A stretch of DNA of 64,000 nucleotides from Dehalococcoidia bacterium (lineage in GTDB: Bacteria; Chloroflexota; Dehalococcoidia; Lucifugimonadales; UBA3495), in assembly GCA_965220245.1 (NCBI GenBank), contig CBDCPI010000008.1, positions 265,264-329,263 of the forward strand, given 5' to 3'. The first letter of the stretch is position 1. Every line of letters begins with the position of its first letter. The notes beneath the pieces are model-generated. The model did no database searches. It was not told the DNA's origin and worked only from the letters and a program-made list of their open reading frames with translations. The position numbers and the translations under genes are program-made. This document shows, piece after piece, positions 46,017-58,501 of the stretch.

Positions 46017-46221
46017 GGCCGCGAACGGGTCCGTATTGGGGTGTACTGAAACCTTTTTGTCCAGCTTGGTTGGCCTGAGTGCACGGTAGGTGGTACTGTC
46101 TTCGAGATGTGGCTGGGGCACGATTAACCCACTGACGACTTCTGTCCAAATAACGGGGTCCACCTCAGCTATGGAGTACGCCCCGTCCTTGATATCTCAA
46201 AATGCGGTGTATTTCGCATCT

Positions 46222-47358
46222 TAGTTAACTGATGTTACGCAGCCTTAAGGAGTTGGAGTTCATCGAAAGCATGGCGAATGGCCGTGAGATAGAGCCGGGC
46301 TCTCAAGGCAAAGTGGTTCATTCCATGCTTCAACCGGAGTCCTTCCAACCGGAAGGCCGCATAGATGGACATGAAACAGTGGTTGCTCTGAGTGCGCTCC
46401 GTCCGGGTAGGCGACTTGGCCAGGGCGGCATTGGACTTGAGCGTCTTATGAAAGGTCTCCACTTTCCACCGTTTCTGGCAGATCCCGCAGATGGTTGGTC
46501 CATCACAGTCCAGATCGCTTGAGGCCAGATACAATGTCCCGGTGCTGCCATCCTTGTTTGTAAAGACCTGGCGAACGAGTTGGACCGGAAAATCCAACCC
46601 CCTCAGCCAGCACTGCACCGCTTGGTGTTCCGGCAACTCCAGCGAGTCTATGCGGGAGAAGTTGCCCTGAAGTTTCCCTTCATAGCTCAGTGCTGCCGTC
46701 CGGTTCGGCTTGAGTGCAACAACGAAATGCCGGTCCAGTTCCTGGCGTATGAAATCCAGGTTCTCCTTGGCGGCAAGCCAGCTGTCAGCCAGCACGTAGC
46801 GGTATTGCAACTGATTGCGCTGGCAGACTCGCAGCATCCGGCGCATGAGTTCGTTCTTGGTGACCTCGCTCTTGCGCTTGAGCCTGCCGGTCTTCTCATC
46901 GTGGTACACCAGCGGCTTTCGGACCAGTTCGTAGGCCACGGGAACCGCTGCATCCCCGGCGTAGTACACGCAGTTGAGCAGGTTGATCCCCTTGACGGAA
47001 CGGTTCTTGCTATGGTCGAAATGCCAGCTAATCAGTTCGTTCTCGTCCGTATAGGGCTTTTCCTCGATGGTGTCATCGAAGATCAGCGCCCCGTCCGGGT
47101 CTTCGATGGCGCGCACCATTGGCTTGACCTGTTGCCACAGGGTTTTGGAGTCATAGTCTGCCCTAGATAGAAAGCGCGTTACCTGGTCATGGCTGACCGC
47201 CCCTTCCACTGTGGATGACAACCCGTGTGGATGACAACCCGGTGGCGGTGGTGGCGCCAAAGGAACTCAACAGGTAATCGGTGTACAGTTCTAACATCTG
47301 TTTATCCATGGCTCTAATCTACCATTTCCCTCAACCTGTGCGTAACATGAGTTACTTA
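46222..47358 (-). mobile_element. IS4/IS701-like superfamily IS with an inactivated transposase
   Basis: TIR-like ends are ttagttaactgatgttacgc (from 46221) and gcgtaacatgagttacttat (to about 47358). The transposase runs from 47309 to 46235 (SHDQVTRFL ... IFDDTIEEKPYTDENELISWHFDH). It is broken by a 16-bp tandem duplication at 47210-47241. The ends are approximate. Confidence 0.65.
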
Positions 47359-48034
47359 TTGTATACTCAATATCTTTGTCTACTTCAGCCCAAATGTCCA
47401 AGGCAAGTTGCACGTCGCTACCGACCAAGCTTGGGAGCACATGTTCTCGCCATGTCCCCAACTCAGGGCTGTTCCCATCTCGTTCGTTGGCTATTCTACA
47501 TGCCAGCCGCATTTCCAAGGCTGACGGAAAGCCCCACCACCATTGGTATGTTATCCCCTCTTCCGTTTGAGGGAGCCTGAACCCGAAGTCTCTCAATTTC
47601 GCAATGACGCACAAAGACGGAATCTTGACCTGCCCCGAGTTACGTAGCTTTAACCGTTCATTTGCCCAGCCTTCAATGAAATCCGTCCACCTTGATCCGT
47701 CCGTTCCAATACGATGGACGTAGAGCAAATCCGGTAGTCCATCACAACGCAGCAGGTTTTCGATGTTTCGCCTAGTCCAATCCGAAGCCCAAAAAGCATT
47801 CATTGCTTCCGAGCTGGCGGTCAATGGGTCTGATTGCCCAGGGTCAGTCAGTTCGCAAAACGAAAAGCCTGCCATCAGGCCGAGTCGGTTGCGAACGAGG
47901 CGCCCCACCATCTCCCGGCTCAGGTTATCGGGCAATAGGACAATTACCAAATTCTGGCCGACACCCCTTGCGATGGCGTCCAAGAACGTTTGAGCAGATG
48001 GAAGCGAGTAAGCTATTTCCTCTAAGTCCATCAT
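47359..48034 (-). CDS. Orphan protein X3, third gene of the disrupted operon; 3' end cut by the IS
   Basis: The first 225 codons are native (MMDLEEIAYSLPSAQTFLDAIARGVGQNLVIVLLPDNL...). The last 22 codons of the track ORF are IS sequence. All three frames of the far flank (46221 downward) close within about 20 codons. I recognised no family. Confidence 0.45.
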
Positions 48035-48059
48035 TCAGTGCCTATCTACGCATTTGAAG

Positions 48060-49142
48060 GGCTTTGTTGCATGAATATTGGCAGCACATGAAATGTCCCG
48101 ACACCCTTTGAATCGAGCTATGCTACTCGATAGCTATCCGGCATTCCCAAGTGGGTCATCCGATTCAAAGCGGCACACTTTACCTTGGCTTCCACCTTCT
48201 GCTGCGGTAACTTCCTGGCCTGAAGATAGGAACCAAAGATGGTCTTGAACCGAAACATGGCAGTCTCGGCCAGGGAACGCCGATGATAGCCCGACTCTTG
48301 TTTCCACCGCTTACGTCCTACCTTCCGAATCCTTCTCAGGTTCTCGTCCCGCACCAGGGGCGGGGCGGCACAGTTCCCATGCTGCCAGATACGGGCATCC
48401 TTTCGAGGTGGAATTGCTACCCGCCTGACACCTCTGACAGCGCAGCCCTCATATACCTTCCTTTTGTCGTAGGCCCCATCGCCACCCACCTGCTCCACTG
48501 ACTCGGTGCTCTGGTCCAGAAGTTCGGGCACCGCTCCCGCATCGTCCAGGCTGGCCTCGCTCAGTACCACGGCCTGGATCTCCTGGGTTTCACTGTCCAC
48601 GCTTAGATGGAGCTTCCTCCAGGTGCGCCGTTTGGTATAGCCATGCTGACGCACCTTCCATTCTCCCTCCCCAAAGACTTTCAACCCGGTGCTGTCCAGT
48701 ACCAGGTGCAAGGGCCCAGCAGCTTTCCTGAGCAAGGAAACCCCCAGGCGCTTGGCGCGCTTGCAGAGGGTGGTATAGTCCGGCACCGGCAAATCCCACT
48801 CCAGCAAGTGAAACACGGACCGGAGAAACCCTTCGGCAGCCCTCAGGGTCAAGTGGAAGACGCTGCGCACCATCAACAGACACTGGATTGCTCCATCGGA
48901 ATACTGAAACTGCCCACCGCGCTTTCGGGGGCCGTCGGGCTTCCAGGCCCCAATATCCTCTTCGCTGGTCCATAGGGTTATTGAACCCCGCTGGACCAGG
49001 CTTTCGTTGTAGTCATGCCAGTTACGTATCCGATACTGGGATTTCCTGGTGGTGGTGCGTTTCTTGGGACGAGCTTTGGAGGCTTGCGGTGTTCGCTTCA
49101 TGCCTCCAGCTTAACACTACCTCCCATTCATTCAACAAAGCC
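48060..49142 (-). mobile_element. IS5-family, IS903-group insertion sequence
   Basis: The terminal repeats GGCTTTGTTGCATGAAT / GGCTTTGTTGAATGAAT match the classic IS903 inverted repeat GGCTTTGTTGAATAAAT. The single 327-aa transposase is at 48118-49101. No 9-bp target-site duplication is detectable. Confidence 0.75.
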
Positions 49143-49535
49143 ATAAAGGACTATTCCGGCGTTTTGCCCACTCTGGGCCAGGCGTCGGATTGCAGTATTG
49201 TGCCTGAGCCGATCTGGACGAGCGTCTTCCCATAGGCAAAATACATGGAAAATTCCTTTGGCTAGGGAGCCAAACAACGGAGCCCCTTTGACTCCTTCGA
49301 CTGCGCTCGGGTCCGACTCGAATGTAAAGTGAACCCACCCGTTGTTATTTCCTTCGTCATGGCGGGTAAACTGGTGCTCGTTTTCATATGGCAACCCAAG
49401 AAAGCGCAGGATGGTGCCTACACGATTCTTCGACGTGGGTCCGGTTCGGTCACGAGGTCTCTCTTTCCTTAGTTCGATCCAAGACTCGACTGCTTGCAGG
49501 GTCTCTTTAGATTGGGGGTTCTCCGTAACCACCAT
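49143..49535 (-). pseudogene. Orphan small protein X2, interrupted near its 3' end by the IS903-group element
   Basis: 131 native codons (MVVTENPQSKETLQAVESWIELRKERPRD ... GIVLY) followed by IS-encoded GFVE*. Across the IS, the frame closes within 5-8 codons just before the X3 ATG at 48034. Confidence 0.45.
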
Positions 49536-50287
49536 GACGGCTACCGCACTCCTGCCTTAAGTTCTTGGGCCAGATTGTTCAAACCATTGCTGTCCTGAGC
49601 GTGAATCTTCGGGTTGCCTATCTTTTCATAGAATTGCAAGAATTCCTCCAAGGGGAGGAGTTCGGCACCTTCCCGGGTAGTTCGGCCAACTGAAACTTCT
49701 TCCCCTGAATGGTGATTCCTGAGCCGGCTAACGCATTCTTCCACGACCCTGATGTCCAAGGAATCTGTGCTACTTGCCTTCTCAAAGGTGGAACTGACCT
49801 CCTTCAAGAAATCCCCATTCAAGTCGAGATCTCCTTCTGACTCTTGCATCAGAGATTGCCACTCTTCCAAGAGTTCTTGCCGCCGCTGCATTCGCTCCAC
49901 TTGTAGTTCGTTCTTGATTGCCTCAAGAGCATCATATACAGGCCTGAAGTTGAGGACTGCCTCTACGTCCAAGTCTCCCAAAGTGTTCTGGAGTTTATTC
50001 CACTGGGATCCTTCAAATTCGATTACTCCATCTTTCTCAGCCTGGTCAACAGCAGCCTGAGTCAGTTCAATAGCTGCTCTGAGTGTATTCTTCTCGGTAG
50101 TAAGCTCCGCCATGTACCTGTTCTTGTTGTGGTCCAATGACTCCTTGGGCATTCCCGACATCAAGAGGCCGGAAAATCGGAAATCCCGGTGATCCATACG
50201 GCTCTGTAGTGCGGCTTCCAAAGAAACGCTTCCTTGGCGCAAGCCTGCTATGGCCCTAGCCAAATCCACCAAAGAGTCCTCTGACGC

Positions 50288-51523
50288 TAGTAGTCCAACA
50301 TCTTTGAATTGAGTACTGAGCAAGTGTATTCTACCAAGCATAGGGCGAAGAGGATTGGGGCGTGGGAGGAGGGGATGGCGATGAAGAGATACCGGGTCAA
50401 GCTGAGCGCGGAGGAGCGGCAGGAACTGAAGGCATTGGTGTCCCGTGGCCGGGTGGCGGCTTACCAGCAGACCCACGGGCGTATCCTGCTGCTGAGTGAT
50501 GAGTCCCATGCGGACGGGGGCATGAAGGATGAAGACATTGCCCGGGTTCTCCAGATTGGCCGTGCGACGGTGGAACGGGTGCGCCGCCGTTGCGTGGAAG
50601 AGGGTCTGGAGCGGGCCTTGGGGCGCAAGGAGCAACTGAACCGGAGGCAGAAGCGGTTGGACGGTCAAGGAGAAGCCCACCTGATTGCCTTGGCCTGCGC
50701 TGAACCGCCAGAGGGCCGGGCCAGTTGGACGCTGAAACTGTTGGCCGACCGACTGGTCGAATGCGAGATAGTGGAGAGCATCAGCCCTGAAACAGTGCGC
50801 CAGACGCTCAAAAAAACGAACTCAAGCCTTGGCTGAAAGAGTGCTGGTGCATCCCGCCGCAAGGCAGCGCCGAGTTCGTCTGTGCGATGGAAGACGTGCT
50901 GGAAGTCTATCAGCGCCAGTATGCGGACAACGAAGTTCTGGTCTGTCTGGACGAGACCAGCAAGCAACAGGTGAAAGAGACGCGCCGGCCGCGGCCGGCC
51001 CAGCCTGGGGCGCTGGGCTCCTACGATTACGAATACGAGCGCAACGGGGTGAGCAACCTGTTCATGTTGTTCGCTCCGCTGGAAGGGTGGCGCCGGGTGG
51101 AAGTGACGGACCGGCGCACCAAAGCCGATTGGGCCCGGGTGGTCAAGCAACTGGTGGACGAGGACTACCCGCACAAGGACCGTATTGTGCTGGTGATGGA
51201 CAACTTGAACACCCACCACCCGTCCTCGCTGTACGAGGAATTTGAACCTGCCGAAGCACGGCGCATCGCCGAACGGTTGGAGGTCCACTACACTCCCAAG
51301 CATGGCAGTTGGCTGGATATGGCCGAGATTGAAATCGGGGTGCTGGCCCGCCAATGCCTGGACCGCCGTATTCCCGATCAAAGCGCTCTGCGGCGGGAGG
51401 TGGGAGCGTGGCAGCAACGGCGCAACCGGGACGGCATACGAGTGGACTGGCGCTTTACCACCGAGGATGCGCGCATCAAACTGAAGTCCCTTTACCCATC
51501 AATCCAACACTGATGGACCACTA
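50288..51523 (+). mobile_element. IS630-family insertion sequence, copy B
   Basis: TA-flanked, with TIR TAGTAGTCCAACA / TGATGGACCACTA. orfA is 50309-50836 and orfB runs to 51513. They are linked by a -1 frameshift at A7 (50810-50816), giving LKKNELKPWLKECWCIPP. Differs from copy C by only a few SNPs. Confidence 0.9.
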
Positions 51524-51972
51524 GTAGGCCCGCATCATCAATCTCAATAAACGGCACCCAAAGTAGCCATCTCGAAATGGCCGTTTCTAGTTGCTCAAAT
51601 TCACCAGTTGAGTTCGCCGTCGACCTTCCAAGCGAATTGATTAACTCGAGGCCACTAACGATTGGTAGCGGTTCCTCAGGTGATTCGTGCTGGAAGTCGA
51701 CGTTCAGGTAGTCAGCCAACTGCCGCAGCGAGCGCGTCGCACATTTTGCAGCAGCGGCAAGGCCTTGTGGGGTCCCTTCGGACCCCAATTCGCGCAATGC
51801 TTCAAACACTGTAGGGCACTCAGCTTGGATCTGGGACCGCAGGATTGAAACCTGTTTTGTAGCCGTCTATCTAACCTTCCTGGTCGCGTCGAAGCTTCAC
51901 GGGATACAAGGTTGCACCAAGTCGTTGCCCGGTCCTTAGCCTCTTCAATTCTCTTTATAAGCCAATCCCTAG

Positions 51973-53430
51973 TATTACAACGACGGTTCAAGGAGGGACG
52001 TGTGGGGAGGCACGAAGGGCGGCTCGACGCTTGGCATGGGAGTGTCTGGCCCGCTCGTTGCATTCTTGCGTCTCCTCCAGCCACCGCAGCAGTTCAGCCG
52101 GCCCGAACCGTTCCCGGGGCAGCATCTCCCGCACCACCCGGTAGACCTGCGGTCTCGTGATCCGGGGCATCTTTTCCCCCCCAAGCCTGTTGCAGGCTCA
52201 GGAGAAACGCTCCGCCCAGCAGGCACAGGGCGACGTGATGATGCCATCCCGCCCAGGTGCGGGTCTCGTACTCGTCCAGCCCCACGTTGCTCTTTTCCGT
52301 CTCGAACTCCGTTTCTATGCGCCACCGGGAGCCACCCACGTATGCCAGGGTCTCCAGGGGAGTATCCTCCGGATCGTTGGACAGGTAGTAGCGGGGCTCG
52401 CTGCCGTCCAGGTTCCGGCGGTAAATGGCCCAGTGGATTTCGCCAGGCTTCCGCCTGCTGGTTGGACGCACCCTCTGAGCGCTGAACAGGTAGCTGCGGG
52501 GACCCTGGCTTCCCTCGGCCACCGTAATCTCACGCCAGGCCTCCTCCGGCAATTCATCGCTGCGCTGCTCCATGGTCCGGCGCTGACCGTCTCGCAACTT
52601 GGGTTTGCGGGGACGCCCGAATCCCTGATGCTCCGGCCTGGTCCAGGCTGGCTCCAGCGGCCAGACCGTGGTGCCGCCGGGAACGTCCAGCACGTAGCGC
52701 ATCCCCAGCGCCGCCAGTCCCTCACGGAAGGACGGCGACATCCCGAAGGCGTCGTCCCCCGCAACCCATCCGGCCCTCAGATGTCCCCGCTCCAAGGCCC
52801 GCTCCACCATCTTCAGCGCCAATTGGGTCTTCGACTGGTAGCCCTGCCTCTCCTCCGGAACCCCCGCCGCCTCACACCGGTCTTGGTCCGAGGTCCAGCT
52901 CTCCGGCAGATAAAGCCGTTTGTCCACCAGGGCCCGTCCCAGCGGGCTGACGTAGGCGAGGAACATTCCGGCCTGGCAGCTGGCCACCTTGCCCAGCCTC
53001 CCGCAATACTGACGGGCCACTCCCACGGACTTCCTGCCCTGCTTCGGGAAGTCGCTGCCGTCCAGCACCCACACCGCATCCGGATGTCCCAGCCGGGGTC
53101 CCAAGTACTCTTGAAGGCGTCCTATGACTGTGTCGTCATCCCAGGGGGATTCAGCGAGAAACCGCTGCATCACCCTGGCTGACGCCGGAACCGTCTCCGA
53201 CAGATTCTCGGCGTTGCGCCGCTCCCCGGACTGTACCAGGAGAGCCTGGAGGTAATGGCGGCTGTGGTCCCGCGCTTCCCTGCGGCCAAACAGCGGAGCG
53301 AAGTAAGCGTGAAAATCCTGAAAGGTCCCGTACACCTGCTCGAAAACCGCAGCATCCACTTCCCTGCCTCACTTGCCCAAGCCTTCCCCAACTACCCCGT
53401 CATCCTATCATCCCAACCGTCGTTGTAATA
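51973..53430 (-). mobile_element. IS701-family insertion sequence
   Basis: TIR tattacaacgacggtt / aaccgtcgttgtaata. CTAG direct repeats at 51969-51972 and 53431-53434 fit YTAR. The 421-aa transposase is at 52094-53359 (LDGSDFPKQGRKSVGVARQYCGRLGKVASCQAG). Confidence 0.8.
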
Positions 53431-54917
53431 CTAGCATTGCCAACGATATCTCCTTGTCTGGAAGGCCGACCTCCTATTAAGTTCTCTGCCTGGTTGATAA
53501 CTTCGGCGTACCGATCCCGATTGAGACCATCGATGTAGCTCTGCACTGTGTTGACCTGGTCCCTCATGTCTTGCGAAAAAGGCGTCAACATTTGGTAAAG
53601 AACACCTTCTCCGCAAAGGTATTGCCATGCTCTTACAGCCCTGGAAAAATTGGTCTGATATTTAGGGGCTTCCTCCAACCACTTTCGAGCCTCTGCGCTT
53701 GCCTCCACAATCAAGCCTTGGAGCCGCTGCAGACCCTCATCGCCAGTGATGTGCTCCGGGCGTAGGGAATTCCCTGCGGCGGCGAACACTCTAATCGGAG
53801 ATACGATTGATTCGATAGCTGGCAGGCAACGAGGGGAGGAAAGCCACGCGAGAAGATTCGTTTCGGGAGCTATTAGTGTTGGCAAGAGGCCTGCAGACAG
53901 CCGAAGCAAAGTTTGTGCGTCGTCGTCGTCAATGGCTTCGAATTCGCCTACTATGTCAAATAAGTCCCCCACGTACGTATCAGAATCTGAGGAGAGCCAG
54001 CGCCCTCCTTGCAAAGCTTTCAACACTTGAGGTGGGACGGGCGGATTCGACCCCTGAGCGATCATTGACCTCGCGACCCAGTAGGCTCCTGCCAAGTCGT
54101 CCTGCGCTACGAGATCCCAAAGGATCGACGGGACATCATGGACAGGGTGTCGCTTGGCGAAAACCGTGTAAGTTCGCGTCGTTTCGTTGTCTTCCGCCGT
54201 AACCATAACGTGCAAGGCTAAGTTGTCCTTCCCTAGAGCATCCCCGGCAATTACAAAGCTACCATCATCGGACAATGAGCTATCGACTGTCGTACCGTCA
54301 GACAGAACAGCGGCCAAAACAACAGTAGCCTCTGCATGGGCAGTTTCAGGGACAATGGTCAAACTGTCCAACTCTTCAGGCAAGTCTACGTTAATTTGGT
54401 TATCTCCCGGAGGAAATTCCAAGGGCGTTTCTTGCAGGTGCAGCCTCTCAAGGCTGGCATTGCTGCTTCGGGTGGGGGCCACCAAACTGTTCGGTGCCCG
54501 AGTTACGGCCAACTTGTAGGTTTCGCTGTATACGGGATCTTCAACGACAATGTTGATGGAGATGACAGTCTGGCCGACAACGAGATTCGAGACAACGAAC
54601 GTTCCGTGGTCGGATTCCAATTCTTCGATAATTTCGCCATTTGGTGTTAGAACGGCTACCTCGAAGGTGACGTCCACATGATCTGACTCTGGTGTAATGG
54701 CTAGCGATTCTACCGCATTGTTCAAATTTATCGTGTAGTTCGTCTGCGTTGGGCTAAAGTCCAAAGTCCCTACGGATAGCCCAATTGTGGACAGGCGCTC
54801 AGTGTTGTTGGGTTCCTGTTCCGCGATACGAACCTGGTGATCCGGTGTCGACTCAACTGGGTCTTGAAATACAGCATCCGCTGTCGTCAGCGCCTTATCC
54901 AATTCTGATTTGAGATC

Positions 54918-56153
54918 TAGTAGTCCAACATCTTTGAATTGAGTACTGAGCAAGTGTATTCTACCAAGCATAGGGCGAAGAGGATTGGGGCGTGGGAGGA
55001 GGGGATGGCGATGAAGAGATACCGGGTCAAGCTGAGCGCGGAGGAGCGGCAGGAACTGAAGGCATTGGTGTCCCGTGGCCGGGTGGCGGCTTACCAGCAG
55101 ACCCACGGGCGTATCCTGCTGCTGAGTGATGAGTCCCATGCGGACGGGGGCATGAAGGATGAAGACATTGCCCGGGTTCTCCAGATTGGCCGTGCGACGG
55201 TGGAACGGGTGCGCCGCCGTTGCGTGGAAGAGGGTCTGGAGCGGGCCTTGGGGCGCAAGGAGCAACTGAACCGGAGGCAGAAGCGGTTGGACGGTCAAGG
55301 AGAAGCCCACCTGATTGCCTTGGCCTGCGCTGAACCGCCAGAGGGCCGGGCCAGTTGGACGCTGAAACTGTTGGCCGACCGACTGGTCGAATGCGAGATA
55401 GTGGAGAGCATCAGCCCTGAAACAGTGCGCCAGACGCTCAAAAAAACGAACTCAAGCCTTGGCTGAAAGAGTGCTGGTGCATCCCGCCGCAAGGCAGCGC
55501 CGAGTTCGTCTGTGCGATGGAAGACGTGCTGGAAGTCTATCAGCGCCAGTATGCGGACAACGAAGTTCTGGTCTGCCTGGACGAGACCAGCAAACAGCAG
55601 GTGAAAGAGACGCGCCGGCCGCGTCCGACCCAGCCTGGGGCGCTGGGCTCCTACGATTACGAATACGAGCGCAACGGGGTGAGCAACCTGTTCATGTTGT
55701 TCGCTCCGCTGGAAGGGTGGCGCCGGGTGGAAGTGACGGACCGGCGCACCAAAGCCGATTGGGCCCGGGTGGTCAAGCAACTGGTGGACGAGGACTACCC
55801 GCACAAGGACCGTATTGTGCTGGTGATGGACAACTTGAACACCCACCACCCGTCCTCGCTGTACGAGGAATTTGAACCTGCCGAAGCACGGCGCATCGCC
55901 GAACGGTTGGAGGTCCACTACACTCCCAAGCATGGCAGTTGGCTGGATATGGCCGAGATTGAAATCGGGGTGCTGGCCCGCCAATGCCTGGACCGCCGTA
56001 TTCCCGATCAAAGCGCTCTGCGGCGGGAGGTGGGAGCGTGGCAGCAACGGCGCAACCGGGACGGCATACGAGTGGACTGGCGCTTTACCACCGAGGATGC
56101 GCGCATCAAACTGAAGTCCCTTTACCCATCAATCCAACACTGATGGACCACTA
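54918..56153 (+). mobile_element. IS630-family insertion sequence, copy C
   Basis: Same ends and TA flanks as copy B. orfA is 54939-55466 and orfB runs to 56143. Confidence 0.9.
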
Positions 56154-57388
56154 AACTAAAGCCAAGGTGGGATGTACATATGGCCGGTGGTGGGGATCGG
56201 TACGAGGGTTACGCGGGAGCCCCTCTGCTCTTGATTGCAGGATGGTCCGGCAGCGGCGCTTGACCTCCTCTTTCCGCCCGGCCAGCCCATCGAAGAAGTT
56301 CCCGACCCTCTCCTGAACCAGTTCCTTGGTCCCCAAGCACAGATTTCCGGTGGCCTCCTCTCTCGCCCAGCCCCAGATGGCCTCGTCAGCGTTGAAGTCC
56401 GGGCTGTATCCCGGCAGGTTCACCAGCCGCAGGTTCACTCCGGGCTTGCCCAGCCATTCCCGCACCGCGTATCCCCGGTGGGCCGGCGCGTTGTCCCAGA
56501 TCACGTTCAGCCGACCGCTGTGCCTCTCCCTCAACTGCTCCAGGAAGGCTGCCGACGTTCCTGAGTTGCTGTTCCCCTCCAGTTCCATCCACTCCACCTG
56601 GCCGGTCTCCAGGCACACCGCCGAATAGTAGCTGGCCTTCTCTCCGTAGCGCGGGCTAGTCGAGTCCACCAAGGCTGGCTCTCCCCGGAGCACCCATTTG
56701 CCCCGCAGTTCGGCGTCCGCACGGAAATGGGCCTCGTCGGCGAAGAATATCTTTTCCCCGGATTCTTGAGATTGGAATGCCAAGGCGGCGTACTCCTCCA
56801 CGAAGGCCTCCCGTTTCTCCGCATCAGCCTTGAGCAGACGCTTTTTGGGGCGCTTGAACGCGAATCCCAGACGGTGCAGATAGTTCAGGCAAGAGCTGCG
56901 GCTCAGGCTGATACTGAAGCGCTCCGAGGCAAACAGCCGCACCACCTTCCAGTTCCAGTTGGCCATGACGATGCCCGACTTGGCGGGCAACTCCTGCACC
57001 GCGGCACTCAACGCCGCCTGCTGCGCCTCTTCGAGGGCGGGGGGGAACCACCGGACTGCTCGAAGATCAGGGCCGCCGGACCTCCCTCGCTGAAGGCGGT
57101 GGCCCATCTGCCGATGGTGTGAGCATCCCGGCTCAGTGCATGGGCGGTGGCCGAGGCGGTCATGTTCCGGCACAGGAGCCACAGAGCGTGCCACCGTTCT
57201 CTTTCCCGAGGCGTCGGCGCCAGGTACATCCTGCTGCGCACACCAGCCAAGTCCAACTGCCACCGTTCCAAGTCCGGTCTTATCCCCCTCATACCCATCA
57301 CCATCCCCACTCAGTCTGTTCCCCGTCCTGACGCTATACCTCCCTGATTCTAGCCAACGTATATGCAGGTTTCACCTTGGCTTTGGTT
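56154..57388 (-). mobile_element. IS630-family insertion sequence, copy D (distinct lineage)
   Basis: TIR AACTAAAGCCAAGG / AACCAAAGCCAAGG with TA on both sides (56152-56153 and 57389-57390). orfA is 57008-57310 and orfB is 56151-57263. They are linked by a -1 frameshift at the C7/G7 run 57039-57045. Confidence 0.8.
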
Positions 57389-58501
57389 TAGTATGCTCCG
57401 AGTATCCGCGTCATGCTCCCCTCTCAGACGTTGTGTTTCGCTGAAAGAGGATCCCATCTTGGGAGCAGGATCATATCCCTTTAAGAATCCGCCAAACTGT
57501 GTCAATGTCTCGCGAATGTGGGCCACTTCTGCCGAGGACGAGCTAACGGGGACCTCCCAGTTACTCAAATCAAGCTCCAAGTACTCCAACAAACTGGAGA
57601 ATTGAAGCAAATCAGCAATGATTGCATTGAGTGCTTGGACAGCCGCGACCGACTCGCGGTCGTCATTTTTCCTATCGACGATATCGTTAACCGAAGATAC
57701 GAAATCAGGGACATCGGCGAACCACTCCGGAGCATCAGAAGGCAGAAGTTCCAAGAAGCGGAGTGCTTGCGCAAGAGCGTCTTTGTTCATCGAGTCCGCC
57801 TCAACTTTTGATTCGGCTTTACTGCCAGTAGGGATCTTGTCTGCCGCAAAGCATAGCATCAGGGCCACGTCATCTTGACTTAAGTCCCCGTGAACAGCCA
57901 GGACGCCTTCTTGTTCGGACTTCCAGTCGTCTTCCGACCACGTTCCTCTGAACCTATAGGCAACAAAATCAAGGTATTCGACGTCCATGTCCCTGCTGTA
58001 AAGGTAACGTTTAACGATAGCGTACAGGGTCTCCTGAGACGCAAACCAAGCGTGTAAGACCGCGTTGGCCAGTGGCTCTGAACGGACCAATTGGTCAATG
58101 ATACGGTGTTTAAGAAGCGGAGCCGGTGCGATTGCCGGCTGCTTGGGAAACTGTGGCACTTTTACGGCAGAGTTGATCGCGGCGTCGAGCTCACGATGCA
58201 CTTCGTTAGGCAATTCAGCCTTATGATTGAGAACGTGAACTACAATAGACTCCTCGAATTCCTGAGGCATCAGATCAAGGAGTGACATGTGCCGTAAGTC
58301 TGTTGGCATCTTCGGGCTGCGCTCAGCCATCAGGCATAGCTCGCTTTCCTGGGGGCCGCTTCATTGACTTCCCCGACTTCCCCAGAGGTTCAACTCTCGA
58401 AGGATTATCGCAAGGCGGATTTTGTTTGGCAATGAGACGGACCGTCTTCAGGTCACTCCTGCGCAACGGTTAGCAGTTTTCCCACAGCGGTTTCCACGGC
58501 T

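Larger units (their letters stand above)
49541..58330 (-). pseudogene. Orphan large protein X1 (about 1,200 aa once reassembled), split by IS630-D, IS630-C, IS701 and IS630-B
   Basis: Native segments are 58330-57391, 54917-53431, 51968-51524 and 50287-49541. Removing each IS and one copy of its target-site duplication restores the frame: ...DADTRSIL|DLKSELDK..., ...GDIVGNA|RDWLIKRIEE..., ...IEIDDAGL|ASEDSLVDL.... There is one extra internal frameshift near 51830-51880. The middle holds two cadherin-like/Ig-like beta-sandwich units (LSVGTLDFSPTQTNYTINL and LHLQETPLEFPPGDNQINV). Confidence 0.6.

Noticed and set aside
50288-56153. IS630-B and IS630-C as the arms of a composite transposon carrying the 3.4-kb interval.
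   Set aside because: Each copy has its own TA duplication. The interval is simply the collinear continuation of X1 plus an IS701. Excising each IS individually restores the X1 frame, so these are independent insertions.
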